DNA of 64,000 nucleotides from Acidobacteriota bacterium (GCA_031411895.1 JANOBZ010000181.1:2998-66997), one strand, 5' to 3'. Positions 35,458-44,481 are shown, counted from the stretch's first letter. Program-made: numbers and translations. Notes: generated by a model from the letters alone, not told the origin.

Positions 35458-35511
35458 TAACCGAAGGGTTGTAAGTTCGAGTCTTACCTGCGGAGCTTCA
35501 AATTAAAAATA

Positions 35512-35546
35512 AAAAACGGTAACTTTAACAGTTGCCGTTTTTTATT
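35512..35546 (+). terminator. Rho-independent terminator after tRNA-Asn
   Basis: AACGGTAACT / AGTTGCCGTT stem followed by TTTTTTATTTT. Confidence 0.7.
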
Positions 35547-35657
35547 TTCCCTTTCTTTCCAGATCATTTAACGATTAAGGTTGATTTTATCCTTTATCGT
35601 GTCCTTTTTCGTTTACGGTATTCCGAAAATTTCCTCGAACTCCAGCAATTTCAGCTT

Positions 35658-35672
35658 TGGCACGGGCATTGC
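35658..35672 (+). promoter_or_regulatory. Sigma-54 (-24/-12) promoter
   Basis: TGGCACgggcaTTGC, exact match to TGGCAC-N5-TTGC; 108 nt upstream of ATG 35780. Confidence 0.7.
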
Positions 35673-35779
35673 CCTAACATTAGGCAAGAGAACATAAGTC
35701 GTTCTTATACAGATATTTACATAAGTTGACAGTTCTTGACAGAGACGAGATCAACAAAGGAATTATAAGGAGAAATACA

Positions 35780-36325
35780 ATGAAATTATACAGCTTAAAA
35801 AGAACAATCAGCGTCGCGGCATTAGCTTTTGTCGCAATTCTCGGCACGAGCGAAATAACCAGCGCGCAGACGAGAAAAATCCAAAAACAACAGCAGAAAG
35901 TTGCCAAGCAGCAGCAAAAAGTTGATAAGCAGCAGCAGAAACTTGAAAATCAGCAGCAGAAACTCCAGGCGTCGCGCTATCGCGTTTATCGCAACGGCAG
36001 TTATTATCAAACCGACCGTCGCGGAGCCGATCTTCTTAAACAGGCGGTAAACGCGGGCTACCAGCAGGGTTTCCGCGCCGGTCAGACCGACCGCAGATCG
36101 CGTCGTTCGGGCGGTTACAACAGTTCGTCAGTGTACAGAAACGGAAACTACGGTTACCAGAGTTATGTCGACTCGCGCCAGTATCAATACTACTTCCAGC
36201 AGGGTTTCGAGCGCGGTTACCAGGACGGCTACAACAGCCGCAGCCAGTACGGCTCGAACAACAACGGTTCGATGAATATCTTGGGAACGATCCTTCAGGG
36301 TATCCTGAATATTCAGCAGTTCTAA
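35780..36325 (+). CDS. Secreted Q/Y/R-rich low-complexity protein, hypothetical
   Basis: Start at ATG 35780 after AAGGAGAAA; signal peptide ...GTSEITSAQ; QQQKV(A/D)KQQQK repeats; Tyr/Gln-rich C-terminal half. Confidence 0.6.
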   Translation: MKLYSLKRTISVAALAFVAILGTSEITSAQTRKIQKQQQKVAKQQQKVDKQQQKLENQQQKLQASRYRVYRNGSYYQTDRRGADLLKQAVNAGYQQGFRAGQTDRRSRRSGGYNSSSVYRNGNYGYQSYVDSRQYQYYFQQGFERGYQDGYNSRSQYGSNNNGSMNILGTILQGILNIQQF

Positions 36326-36350
36326 AACATATTTACGATTTGTAAGTCGC

Positions 36351-36383
36351 AAAAGCGTTCGGTTATGCCGGACGCTTTTTTTA
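36351..36383 (+). terminator. Rho-independent terminator
   Basis: AGCGTTCGG / CCGGACGCT stem followed by TTTTTTT. Confidence 0.7.
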
Positions 36384-36402
36384 TTAAAAAATACTCGAAC
36401 TC

Positions 36403-36442
36403 AAAGCCCGCATTTGAAAGAGTTCAAATGCGGGCTTTTCGC
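36403..36442 (+). terminator. Second tandem hairpin/terminator
   Basis: AAAGCCCGCATTTGAA / TTCAAATGCGGGCTTT 16-bp perfect stem then TTCGCTTT. Confidence 0.55.
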
Positions 36443-36628
36443 TTTGCAAATTTATAGACTTTAGCTATAGTAATTAAGCAATTCGCAAACGGCTCGAGTT
36501 TATCGCTCGATTTTCGTATTTAAACGCCGCCGTTTTTCTTAAACTTTCACGGGTTTTCGTCATATATCCTTAAAGTAATTCTAAGATTTTTCTGACCTGA
36601 TCTCGAATCGGTCATCATCGGAGGAACA

Positions 36629-37282
<654 letters not shown>

Positions 37283-37304
37283 GCGCGATTAATTCGGAGA
37301 AATA

Positions 37305-37718
37305 ATGAAAAAGAGCAACAGTATTACGCTGGTTCTCATGCCGATTATCGGAACGCTGCTCGCCTGCAGCTGCGGCGGCGGCGACAGCGGATCAACCACG
37401 AGAGACGTTTATCAAAACAAAGAAGACTGCCTGAAAGATTGGAGCGACGGAGAACTGTGCGAGCAGATGAACGACGACGACGACCGCGAATATCGCCGGA
37501 GCGGCGGCGTCTATACGAGCAGACCTTTCTACGGACCGACCTATTACCCGAGCGACCGCGCCGTCGTCTATAAAGGAAAAACGATTTCGCCGACCGGCAA
37601 AAGCACTTCGATGAAGTCTTACGCCGTCACGTCGCGCTCATCGTCAAGCTCGCGCAGCAGCACTTTATCCAGCCCGCGCTCGGGTTTCGGCGGCGGCTCG
37701 TCGAGCAGCGGCGGTTAG
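37305..37718 (+). CDS. DUF1190 (YgiB/YjfM-like) lipoprotein, paralog
   Basis: Lipobox LLAC; RDVYQNKEDCLKDWSDGELCEQMNDDDD parallels the upstream paralog; C-terminal PRSGFGGGSSSSGG. Confidence 0.7.
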   Translation: MKKSNSITLVLMPIIGTLLACSCGGGDSGSTTRDVYQNKEDCLKDWSDGELCEQMNDDDDREYRRSGGVYTSRPFYGPTYYPSDRAVVYKGKTISPTGKSTSMKSYAVTSRSSSSSRSSTLSSPRSGFGGGSSSSGG

Positions 37719-37729
37719 AAAGATCAGGG

Positions 37730-38911
37730 ATGGAGCGAAAAATCTTTAAAGAGCGCGCCGATTATCATGAACGGCTGAACGAGATCGGATTTTATTACCA
37801 CAACGTCGCTTCCGGCGACAGTGAGGAATATTGGACCGAAGGCGTCGCGTATGAATTCACGCTCGCCGAGATCGAAGAAATCGAAGCCGCTTCGGAAGAA
37901 CTGCACGAAATGTGTATGGAAACGGTCGAAGAAATTATCGAATCGGGCGATTATCCGGAAGGTTTCAAATTAAGCGAACGATCGAAATCATTGATCGAAC
38001 ATTCGTGGCGCAACGCCGACATACATATCTACGGCAGATTCGATTTTCTGGTCGAGCCTTCGGGAACGATAAAATTGTATGAGTACAACGCCGACACGCC
38101 GACTTCACTTTTAGAGGCTTCGGTTGCGCAGTGGCGCTGGCTCGAAGAAGCGGAAGACGTTCCAAACCGCGACCAGTTTAACAGTATTCACGAAAAGCTG
38201 ATCGCGCGCTGGGCAAAGGCGAAAGCGCTGACCGACGCGCCAACACTTTACCTGCTCGCAACCGAGGAAGGTCCGCAGGAAGATTGGGGAAACGTCGAAT
38301 ATATGGCGGACACGGCGATGCAGGGCGGCTGGCAGATCAATATCGAGGAGATCGAAAAGGTCGGCTACAACTCATCGCACGAAATGTTCGTTGACGACGT
38401 GGACACGCCGATCGAACACGTCTTTAAGCTTTACCCGTGGGAATGGATGATGAACGAACCGTTCGGCGAGCACGTCGTCAAATGCCCGACGCAGTGGTAC
38501 GAACCGGCGTGGAAAATGCTACTCTCGAACAAGGCGATCCTGCCCGTTTTGTGGCAGAAATACGCGGAGCATCCGAATCTTTTGCCCGCCTTTTTCGAGA
38601 CGGAAAAACCGGCGTCGGACTTTCAGCATATGTATATCAAGAAACCGATTCTCGGGCGTGAAGGCGCGAATATTCAGATGTCCGGAACCTTTGCCGACAC
38701 GCTCGTCGAAGGTTCGCACCAGATTCCGGAATACGACGTTTACGGTTACATTTACCAGCAATACGCGCCTTTGCCCGGTTTTCAAGGTCGTCACCCGGTC
38801 GTCGGTTCGTGGATCATCGGCGACGAACCGGCAGGCATCGGCATTCGCGAAGACAGAACCATCATTACAGGCAACGGCTCGCATTTTGTGCCGCATTATT
38901 TCGTAAACTAG
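37730..38911 (+). CDS. Glutathionylspermidine-synthase-like ATP-grasp ligase (YgiC/YjfC family)
   Basis: Collinear with E. coli YgiC as recalled: MER...ER.D..E......F..H, YNADTPTSL, FKLYPWEWM, EPAWK..LSNKA.LP.LW, HPNLLPA.F, KP..GREGAN, IGSW..GD.PAGIGIRED. Confidence 0.9.
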   Translation: MERKIFKERADYHERLNEIGFYYHNVASGDSEEYWTEGVAYEFTLAEIEEIEAASEELHEMCMETVEEIIESGDYPEGFKLSERSKSLIEHSWRNADIHIYGRFDFLVEPSGTIKLYEYNADTPTSLLEASVAQWRWLEEAEDVPNRDQFNSIHEKLIARWAKAKALTDAPTLYLLATEEGPQEDWGNVEYMADTAMQGGWQINIEEIEKVGYNSSHEMFVDDVDTPIEHVFKLYPWEWMMNEPFGEHVVKCPTQWYEPAWKMLLSNKAILPVLWQKYAEHPNLLPAFFETEKPASDFQHMYIKKPILGREGANIQMSGTFADTLVEGSHQIPEYDVYGYIYQQYAPLPGFQGRHPVVGSWIIGDEPAGIGIREDRTIITGNGSHFVPHYFVN

Positions 38912-38919
38912 GAGAAAAG

Positions 38920-39324
38920 ATGAAATATATAACACTTAAAGCTTTGGGAGATTTTCTTTTATACACTTTTTCGAGTCTTGTGCTGCTCGGCATATTCGGC
39001 AAAATCTATCAATGGCTGACGCCGTATCACGAAGGCGATTCGATCAAAGAAGGAAAGGTCGCGCCGGCAATCGCGCTCGGCGGCGCGCTCATCGGTTTTA
39101 CGATTCCGCTGCTTTCGGTTTCCTATCACGGCGTCAATTACGTTGACTTTTTGATCTGGGCGGGCATTGCCGGTACGCTGCAAATTATCGTGTTTAAAGC
39201 TTTATACTATCTGATTCCGATGCAAATCGAAGAAGACAACCGCGCCATCGCCTTGATCTACGCCGTTCTCGCATTCTGCGTCGGGCTGATCAGCGCCTTT
39301 TCACTGATTCCGGAAACGGTTTAA
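38920..39324 (+). CDS. DUF350 (YjfL-like) membrane protein
   Basis: Start at ATG 38920 after TAGGAGAAAAG; four hydrophobic helices; position after the YgiC-like gene as in yjfL. Confidence 0.7.
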   Translation: MKYITLKALGDFLLYTFSSLVLLGIFGKIYQWLTPYHEGDSIKEGKVAPAIALGGALIGFTIPLLSVSYHGVNYVDFLIWAGIAGTLQIIVFKALYYLIPMQIEEDNRAIALIYAVLAFCVGLISAFSLIPETV

Positions 39325-39422
39325 CAACAAATCGAATTTTCGTAGAAAAGCGCGAGCGTCAAAAACTCGCGCTTTTTCTTTTCGGTAAGTTCCTGATTAG
39401 TTTATAATTTTTCCGTTAATCT

Positions 39423-40166
39423 ATGAGCGAAACGCCCGACACAATCGTTGAATTTCGCGCCGCCGGTTTTGAGATCGGCGCGGCAAGGATTCTCGATGAT
39501 TTAAATCTCGAAATCCGGCGCGGCGAAATTCTCGTGCTTTTGGGCGAATCGGGCTGCGGGAAAACGACGACCTTGAAATTGATAAACCGTCTGATCGAAC
39601 CGACTTCGGGCGAAGTTTTGGTCGAAGGCAAACGGACGATTGATTGGAACGCGATTGAATTGCGGCGGCGCATCGGCTACGTTTTGCAGGAAGCCGGACT
39701 TTTTCCGCATTTCACGGTCGCCGAAAACGTCGCGCTCGTGCCGAGTTTGGAAAATTGGAACGAAACGAAAAAGCGCGACCGAACAAACGAAATGCTCGAA
39801 CTCGTCGGATTAAGCGCCGGGAAATTCGCCGCGCGCCTGCCGCACGAACTTTCCGGCGGTCAGCGCCAGCGCGTCGGCGTCGCGCGGGCGCTCGCGGCAA
39901 ATCCCGAACTTCTTCTTTTGGACGAACCGTTCGGCGCGCTCGATGCGTTAACGCGTGTAAATTTACAAAAGGAATTTGCGCGAACGGTACGCGAACTCGG
40001 TAAAACCGCCGTTTTCGTGACGCACGATCTGCACGAAGCGTTTATTTTGGGAAGCCGAATCTGTCTGATGGAAAAAGGCAGAATCGCCTTCTTGGGAACG
40101 GCTGATGAATTTCAAAAATCCGATCTGCCGCTCGTTCGCAATTATCTCGAAACCGTCAGTCTCTAA
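39423..40166 (+). CDS. ABC transporter ATP-binding protein (osmoprotectant/OpuC-like)
   Basis: Walker A GESGCGKTT, signature LSGGQRQRV, Walker B LLLLDEP. Confidence 0.9.
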   Translation: MSETPDTIVEFRAAGFEIGAARILDDLNLEIRRGEILVLLGESGCGKTTTLKLINRLIEPTSGEVLVEGKRTIDWNAIELRRRIGYVLQEAGLFPHFTVAENVALVPSLENWNETKKRDRTNEMLELVGLSAGKFAARLPHELSGGQRQRVGVARALAANPELLLLDEPFGALDALTRVNLQKEFARTVRELGKTAVFVTHDLHEAFILGSRICLMEKGRIAFLGTADEFQKSDLPLVRNYLETVSL

Positions 40167-40930
40167 CGCGGCTGCTTTTCCATCATGTTGCGCGTTATTT
40201 TGAAAGTATTGGTGCTCGATTTCGGGTCAATCAAGATTTTTTCGTCGGTTAAGACAATAACTCCGATAAATCCTGTTCCAATATCGAGGTTAGCGTTGAT
40301 TTGGAGCGATTGATTACTGTTTATCTCAAGCCTTTTGGAGTATGTATTAAATCCGGCGGATTCTGCTTTATACAAATAACGCCCCGGCGCATTGAGCAAA
40401 ATACTGTAATAACCGTTCTCGTCCGACGTAACTTGATATTCGCGTTTTGTATCTTCGTTGATCAAAGTAACATTTGCGCCGGGAATGACCGCGCAGTTCA
40501 GGTCGGTAATCGTGCCTTCGACGAGGTTCAAGTTGCGGCTTTCGACGCTCACAATTCTGCCCGCAGTCTTGCAGGCTTTTTCGTTTCCCGAATTGCTCTG
40601 CCCGAAGCCGACGGAAAATAATGCGAGAATCGCCGTCAATGCCGCGCCCGCACGACGCGTCGTTCGTTTGTAAAAGGCGCGAAGCCCGACCGGACAATCT
40701 TTTGTGATAACTGTTCCGTCGGCACGTTTAAAAAGACGAACGCAAAGCCGGTCTTCGCGGTTTGCGACCAAATCCTTAACTTCCCTTTCGGTCATTTCCG
40801 CGATGTTATAAATATTCAGCTCGCATGAATCGCAGCGGCGCACTTGATTGTCGCCGATCATCGTTTCCCACGGAACCGCACACGGCGAAGCGACGCGAAG
40901 TTTGTTAATGTCGAAGGATTGTTTGGTCAT
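40163..40930 (-). CDS. Hypothetical protein: N-terminal Cys-rich domain, TM helix, carboxypeptidase-regulatory-like beta-sandwich
   Basis: C..PW......RRCDSC....CVRLF...DC cysteine pattern; GTITD...IPGANVTL.........TSDENGYY CarboxypepD_reg-like motif. Confidence 0.6.
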   Translation of the reverse strand: MTKQSFDINKLRVASPCAVPWETMIGDNQVRRCDSCELNIYNIAEMTEREVKDLVANREDRLCVRLFKRADGTVITKDCPVGLRAFYKRTTRRAGAALTAILALFSVGFGQSNSGNEKACKTAGRIVSVESRNLNLVEGTITDLNCAVIPGANVTLINEDTKREYQVTSDENGYYSILLNAPGRYLYKAESAGFNTYSKRLEINSNQSLQINANLDIGTGFIGVIVLTDEKILIDPKSSTNTFKITRNMMEKQPR

Positions 40931-41007
40931 GTTTATGTTTGATTCAAATTTTAAACTTCAGATAGAAGTAAATTGAACAAAAGTTTCGGTTTATCGAATC
41001 AAATAAC

Positions 41008-41043
41008 CCGAAATCCGAAATCTGAAATCCTAAATCGAATGAT
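41008..41043. repeat. (GAAATCC-type) heptamer array ending in ATGATG
   Basis: CCGAAATCCGAAATCTGAAATCCTAAATCGAATGATG upstream of the ABC permease gene. Confidence 0.8.
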
Positions 41044-41108
41044 GCGGCGAGTTTTAATTTTAGTTGCTTACCGCAGAAATATTTTTGCTACAATCAACAG
41101 AACACACG

Positions 41109-42644
41109 ATGAATTTCTTCGAGTTTCTCAAAGGAAATTGGGCGGAACTTCTCGCTTTGACGCGCGAGCATCTGATTCTGGTGTTTGCCGCCACGGCGTT
41201 CGCCGTCGCTTTCGGCGTACCGCTCGGAATTTTGCTGACACGCAAAAAATCTTTACAAACTCCCATCTTAGGAATCGCGAATATTTTGCAGACCGTCCCG
41301 AGCCTCGCGCTGTTCGGGCTTTTGATCCCGCTTCCCTTGATCGGCGGAATCGGCGCGCGCACTGCCATTATCGCGCTCACGCTTTATTCGTTTCTGCCCG
41401 TGATTCGCAACACCGTGACGGGAATTTTGAGCGTCGACGCGAAAACCAAGGAAGCCGCGACGGCGATGGGATTGACCGATTGGCAGGTTTTGAAAATGGT
41501 CGAACTGCCGCTCGCCGCGCCCGTTATTTTAACCGGAATTCGCGTCGCGGTCGTGATCGCAGTCGGCGTCGCGACGGTCGCGGCAGCGGTCGGCGCGGGC
41601 GGTTTGGGAACTTATATTTTTCGAGGACTTCGTCAAAACGACAACAATCTGCTGCTCGCGGGCGCATTAGCTTCGGCGATTCTCGCACTTTTTCTGGATT
41701 TTGCGCTCGGGCAAATTGAAAAATCGTTCGATTACAAAACACGCGCCGAAAATTCGCGCCGCCGTTTTATCGCCGCCGGCTCGCTCGCGCTCATTCTCGC
41801 GATTTTCGGTTTCAGTTTAATCCGAAATCCGAAATCCGAAATCCGAAATCAGATGATTCGTGTCGGCTCGAAGGATTTTACCGAATCCGTGATTTTGGCG
41901 GAAATTCTCGCGCAGCTGCTCGAAAAACGCGGAATCGCGGTCGAGCGCCGTTTCGAACTCGGCGGAAATCTCGCGCACGACGCTCTTTTATCCAACAACT
42001 TGGACGTTTATCCCGAATACACCGGAACGGCTTACACGGCGATCTTGAAGCAGAAACCCGTTACCGACACCGAAAAAGTTTATGACGAAACGCGGCGCGA
42101 ATACGCGGAAAAATTCGCTTTAACGGTCAGCCCGCCGCTCGGATTTTCGAACGATTTCGCGATTCTCGTGCGCGGCGACGCGGCGCGAAAAAACAATTTG
42201 AAAACGATTTCCGACGCCGTTCCGCTCGCGAGCAACTGGCAAGCCGGATTCGGGCAGGATTTTATGTCGCGCGCCGACGGTTACGCGGGATTCGCGCGCA
42301 GCTACAATTTTAACTTCGCCCGCCAGCCGCGCGAGATGGATTTATCTTTAACTTATCGCGCATTGCAATCGGGACAGCTCGACATCATCGCCGGAAATTC
42401 GACCGACGGTTTGATCGCCGCGCTCGATCTGTTTCAATTGACGGACGATAAAAAATATTTCCCGCCGTATCAAGCGGTTTTCATCGCGCGCGGCGACAAA
42501 GCGGAAATTTTGCAAGCAACATTCGAAAAACTAAACAACGCGATCTCGACCGACGAAATGCGCCGTCTGAATTACGCGGTCGACGGCGAAAAATCAACAC
42601 CCAAACAAGCGGCTGAAAACTGGCTCAAAGAAAAAGGTTTTTAA
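41109..42644 (+). CDS. ABC transporter permease fused to substrate-binding domain (OpuCB/OpuCC-like)
   Basis: Start at ATG 41109 (MNFFEFLKGNW); permease EAA-like region; extra TM then linker IRNPKSEIRNQ (repeat array) then SBP domain IRVGSKDFTES... Confidence 0.85.
   Translation: MNFFEFLKGNWAELLALTREHLILVFAATAFAVAFGVPLGILLTRKKSLQTPILGIANILQTVPSLALFGLLIPLPLIGGIGARTAIIALTLYSFLPVIRNTVTGILSVDAKTKEAATAMGLTDWQVLKMVELPLAAPVILTGIRVAVVIAVGVATVAAAVGAGGLGTYIFRGLRQNDNNLLLAGALASAILALFLDFALGQIEKSFDYKTRAENSRRRFIAAGSLALILAIFGFSLIRNPKSEIRNQMIRVGSKDFTESVILAEILAQLLEKRGIAVERRFELGGNLAHDALLSNNLDVYPEYTGTAYTAILKQKPVTDTEKVYDETRREYAEKFALTVSPPLGFSNDFAILVRGDAARKNNLKTISDAVPLASNWQAGFGQDFMSRADGYAGFARSYNFNFARQPREMDLSLTYRALQSGQLDIIAGNSTDGLIAALDLFQLTDDKKYFPPYQAVFIARGDKAEILQATFEKLNNAISTDEMRRLNYAVDGEKSTPKQAAENWLKEKGF
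41819..41850. repeat. (AATCCGA)4 heptamer array inside CDS 41109..42644
   Basis: AATCCGAAATCCGAAATCCGAAATCCGAAATC then AG-ATG; encodes IRNPKSEIRNQ. Confidence 0.9.
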
Positions 42645-42830
42645 CGCGGGCGAAAGACGTCAGCCCGCACGGCGCGAGTATTTTTTATAACGCGGCGCGC
42701 AAAAATTTAGAGCTTTACCGGCAAAAATTCGAGATTTCCCTTCTTCGCCGAGATATTATTTAACATTCTTTTTTTGAACGTATTTACCAACGCCGTTCAG
42801 AAGATTAAAATGGTAAGCGAAGGACTATAA

Positions 42831-43778
42831 ATGGAAACCACCGACCGACAAATCACTTCGGAAGCTGCGGCAGCGCCACGTAAATCGATCTGGGATCTCA
42901 CCAATTTATCGTGGCGCACGCTCGGGAGAAGGGTTTGGATTGAAATCTACGAAGGCATTTTACTGACGCACGCCGCCGCGCTTTCCTTTTATTTTTTCCT
43001 GTCGCTTTTTCCGTTAATACTTTTTCTGATCACCATCCTCGGCTTTTTCGCCGAGGCGGGAACCGAACTTCGTTCGGAGCTGCTTTCCACACTCAGCCGA
43101 ATCATTCCGCGATCGGCTTCGACGCTGATCTATACGACGGTTGACGAAATTGCGCAAAACGCCGACGGAAGCAAGCTTTCTTTCGGTTTTTTGACCGCGC
43201 TCTGGATCGCTTCTTCCGGGATGGGCGCGATCACCGAGGCGCTCAACGCGATGTACGGCGTGAAAGAGTCGCGCCCGTGGTGGAAAGTTCGTCTCGCCTC
43301 GATCGGGCTCACGATCGCGCTTGCCGTGCTGATTATTTCGGCGCTGCTGCTCATTCTTTACGGCGGCGAGGTCGGCGAAGCAATGACTAATTATTTCAAC
43401 CAAACCAGAGACTTCGTCAGTTTCTGGGTGATCGCGCAGGTGCCCGTCGTGCTGGCATTCGTGCTGTTCACTTTTGCGATGATTTATTATTTTTCGCCGA
43501 ACCTGTACGACCAGAAATGGTATTGGATAACTCCCGGCTCGCTGATCGGCATTTTACTGTGGCTGGCGATTTCGTTCCTCTTTCGGCTGTATCTGCGCTA
43601 CTTTGATTCGTACAGCGCCACTTACGGGGCGCTCGGTGCGGTCATCGTTTTGATGCTCTGGTTTTACCTGACCGGCATCTCGATCCTGATCGGCGGCAAG
43701 ATCAACGCCGAAATCGAGGGCGCGGCGGCTGAAGTCGGCATGCCCGGAGCGAAACAACACGGCGAAAAGTCGGTCTGA
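42831..43778 (+). CDS. YihY/BrkB family membrane protein
   Basis: AAALSFYFFLSLFPL...YG..GAVIVLMLWFY... pattern, six hydrophobic helices. Confidence 0.8.
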   Translation: METTDRQITSEAAAAPRKSIWDLTNLSWRTLGRRVWIEIYEGILLTHAAALSFYFFLSLFPLILFLITILGFFAEAGTELRSELLSTLSRIIPRSASTLIYTTVDEIAQNADGSKLSFGFLTALWIASSGMGAITEALNAMYGVKESRPWWKVRLASIGLTIALAVLIISALLLILYGGEVGEAMTNYFNQTRDFVSFWVIAQVPVVLAFVLFTFAMIYYFSPNLYDQKWYWITPGSLIGILLWLAISFLFRLYLRYFDSYSATYGALGAVIVLMLWFYLTGISILIGGKINAEIEGAAAEVGMPGAKQHGEKSV

Positions 43779-43925
43779 TTTTATTTTCTTTTCAATTCGG
43801 CGACATCTACGTATTATTAAAAAATGCGGCGCGAGATAAATCTGAAAGCCGCGAATAATTGATTGTTTTTAAAGATAATCGGTGATAGATTTACCGTCAA
43901 AGTTAAACCACAAGGAAATAAAAAA

Positions 43926-44276
43926 ATGAGTAACGAAAAAGACAAGAAAACCAGCGAGCAGGAAGAAAATGAAAAGGTCGGCAAAATGTCCGGTCTCGGT
44001 GCGGGCGTAATTGCCGGAGCAACAATCGGCTCGGTCGTGCCGGTCGTCGGCACATTTGTCGGCGGCGTGGTCGGCGGCGTCGTCGGCAGCGAGGTCGGCA
44101 AAAAGGTTGGCGGGCAGCTTTTGGGCAGATTTGGCGGTAAAGGTAAAAGCGCGGACGCGGCAGCCGAAAAAACCGACGTTTCGGCTGAACTTCAAAAGCT
44201 CGCCAAACTGCATAAGGACGGCGTTCTCGACGACGAAGAGTTCAAAGCCGCGAAAGCACAATTGCTTAATCTTTAA
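43926..44276 (+). CDS. Gly-zipper membrane segment plus C-terminal SHOCT domain protein
   Basis: Start at ATG 43926; ELQKLAKLHKDGVLDDEEFKAAKAQLL is a SHOCT motif. Confidence 0.65.
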   Translation: MSNEKDKKTSEQEENEKVGKMSGLGAGVIAGATIGSVVPVVGTFVGGVVGGVVGSEVGKKVGGQLLGRFGGKGKSADAAAEKTDVSAELQKLAKLHKDGVLDDEEFKAAKAQLLNL

Positions 44277-44309
44277 ATAAAAAACGAGACGCGAATGACA
44301 AATTAAAAA

Positions 44310-44414
44310 AAATGGGACGCGGATTTGGCGGATTAAAAACGGATCAGGACGGATTTTATTTTTATGTTTATCCGTTGTAATTCGTCTTAAATCCATTAAA
44401 TCCGCGTCCCATTT
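44310..44414. repeat. Tandem-unit hairpin element (CGCGGATT / ACGGATT family)
   Basis: AATGGGACGCGGATTTGGCGGATTAAAAACGGATCAGGACGGATT ... AATCCATTAAATCCGCGTCCCATT. Confidence 0.85.
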
Positions 44415-44428
44415 TTATTTTCGCAACG

Positions 44429-44461
44429 AAAAGACGGCTCGAAATCTCGAACCGTCTTTTT
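44429..44461. terminator. Bidirectional terminator between convergent genes
   Basis: AAAAGACGG.TCGA / TCGA.CCGTCTTTTT with A and T runs on both sides. Confidence 0.65.
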
Positions 44462-44481
44462 GCCTTTTTACTTTTGCCTTT

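Larger units (their letters stand above)
34873..35495 (+). tRNA. tRNA-Asn(GUU) gene interrupted in the anticodon by a 551-nt intron
   Basis: Exons 34873-34906 and 35458-35495 join into a 72-nt cloverleaf: TCCGCAG/CTGCGGA acceptor, GCTC/GAGC D stem, TTCGG/CCGAA anticodon stem, loop CT-GTT-AA, GTAAG/CTTAC T stem with TTCGAGT loop, discriminator G; very close to the Bacillus tRNA-Asn sequence as I recall it; no encoded CCA. Confidence 0.85.

Noticed and set aside
34903-35460. Alternative exon junctions that would give tRNA-Tyr(GUA) or tRNA-Thr(UGU/GGU).
   Set aside because: The body has a 5-nt variable loop, so it is not a class II Tyr tRNA. Its UCC...GGA-G acceptor and discriminator are those of tRNA-Asn. 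Only the GU|U junction satisfies both the exon-terminal U and the intron-terminal G.
40973-41719. 248-aa ORF starting in the region of the heptamer array upstream of the permease gene.
   Set aside because: It is out of frame with the ABC permease that covers the same DNA, and it translates to an Arg-rich string.
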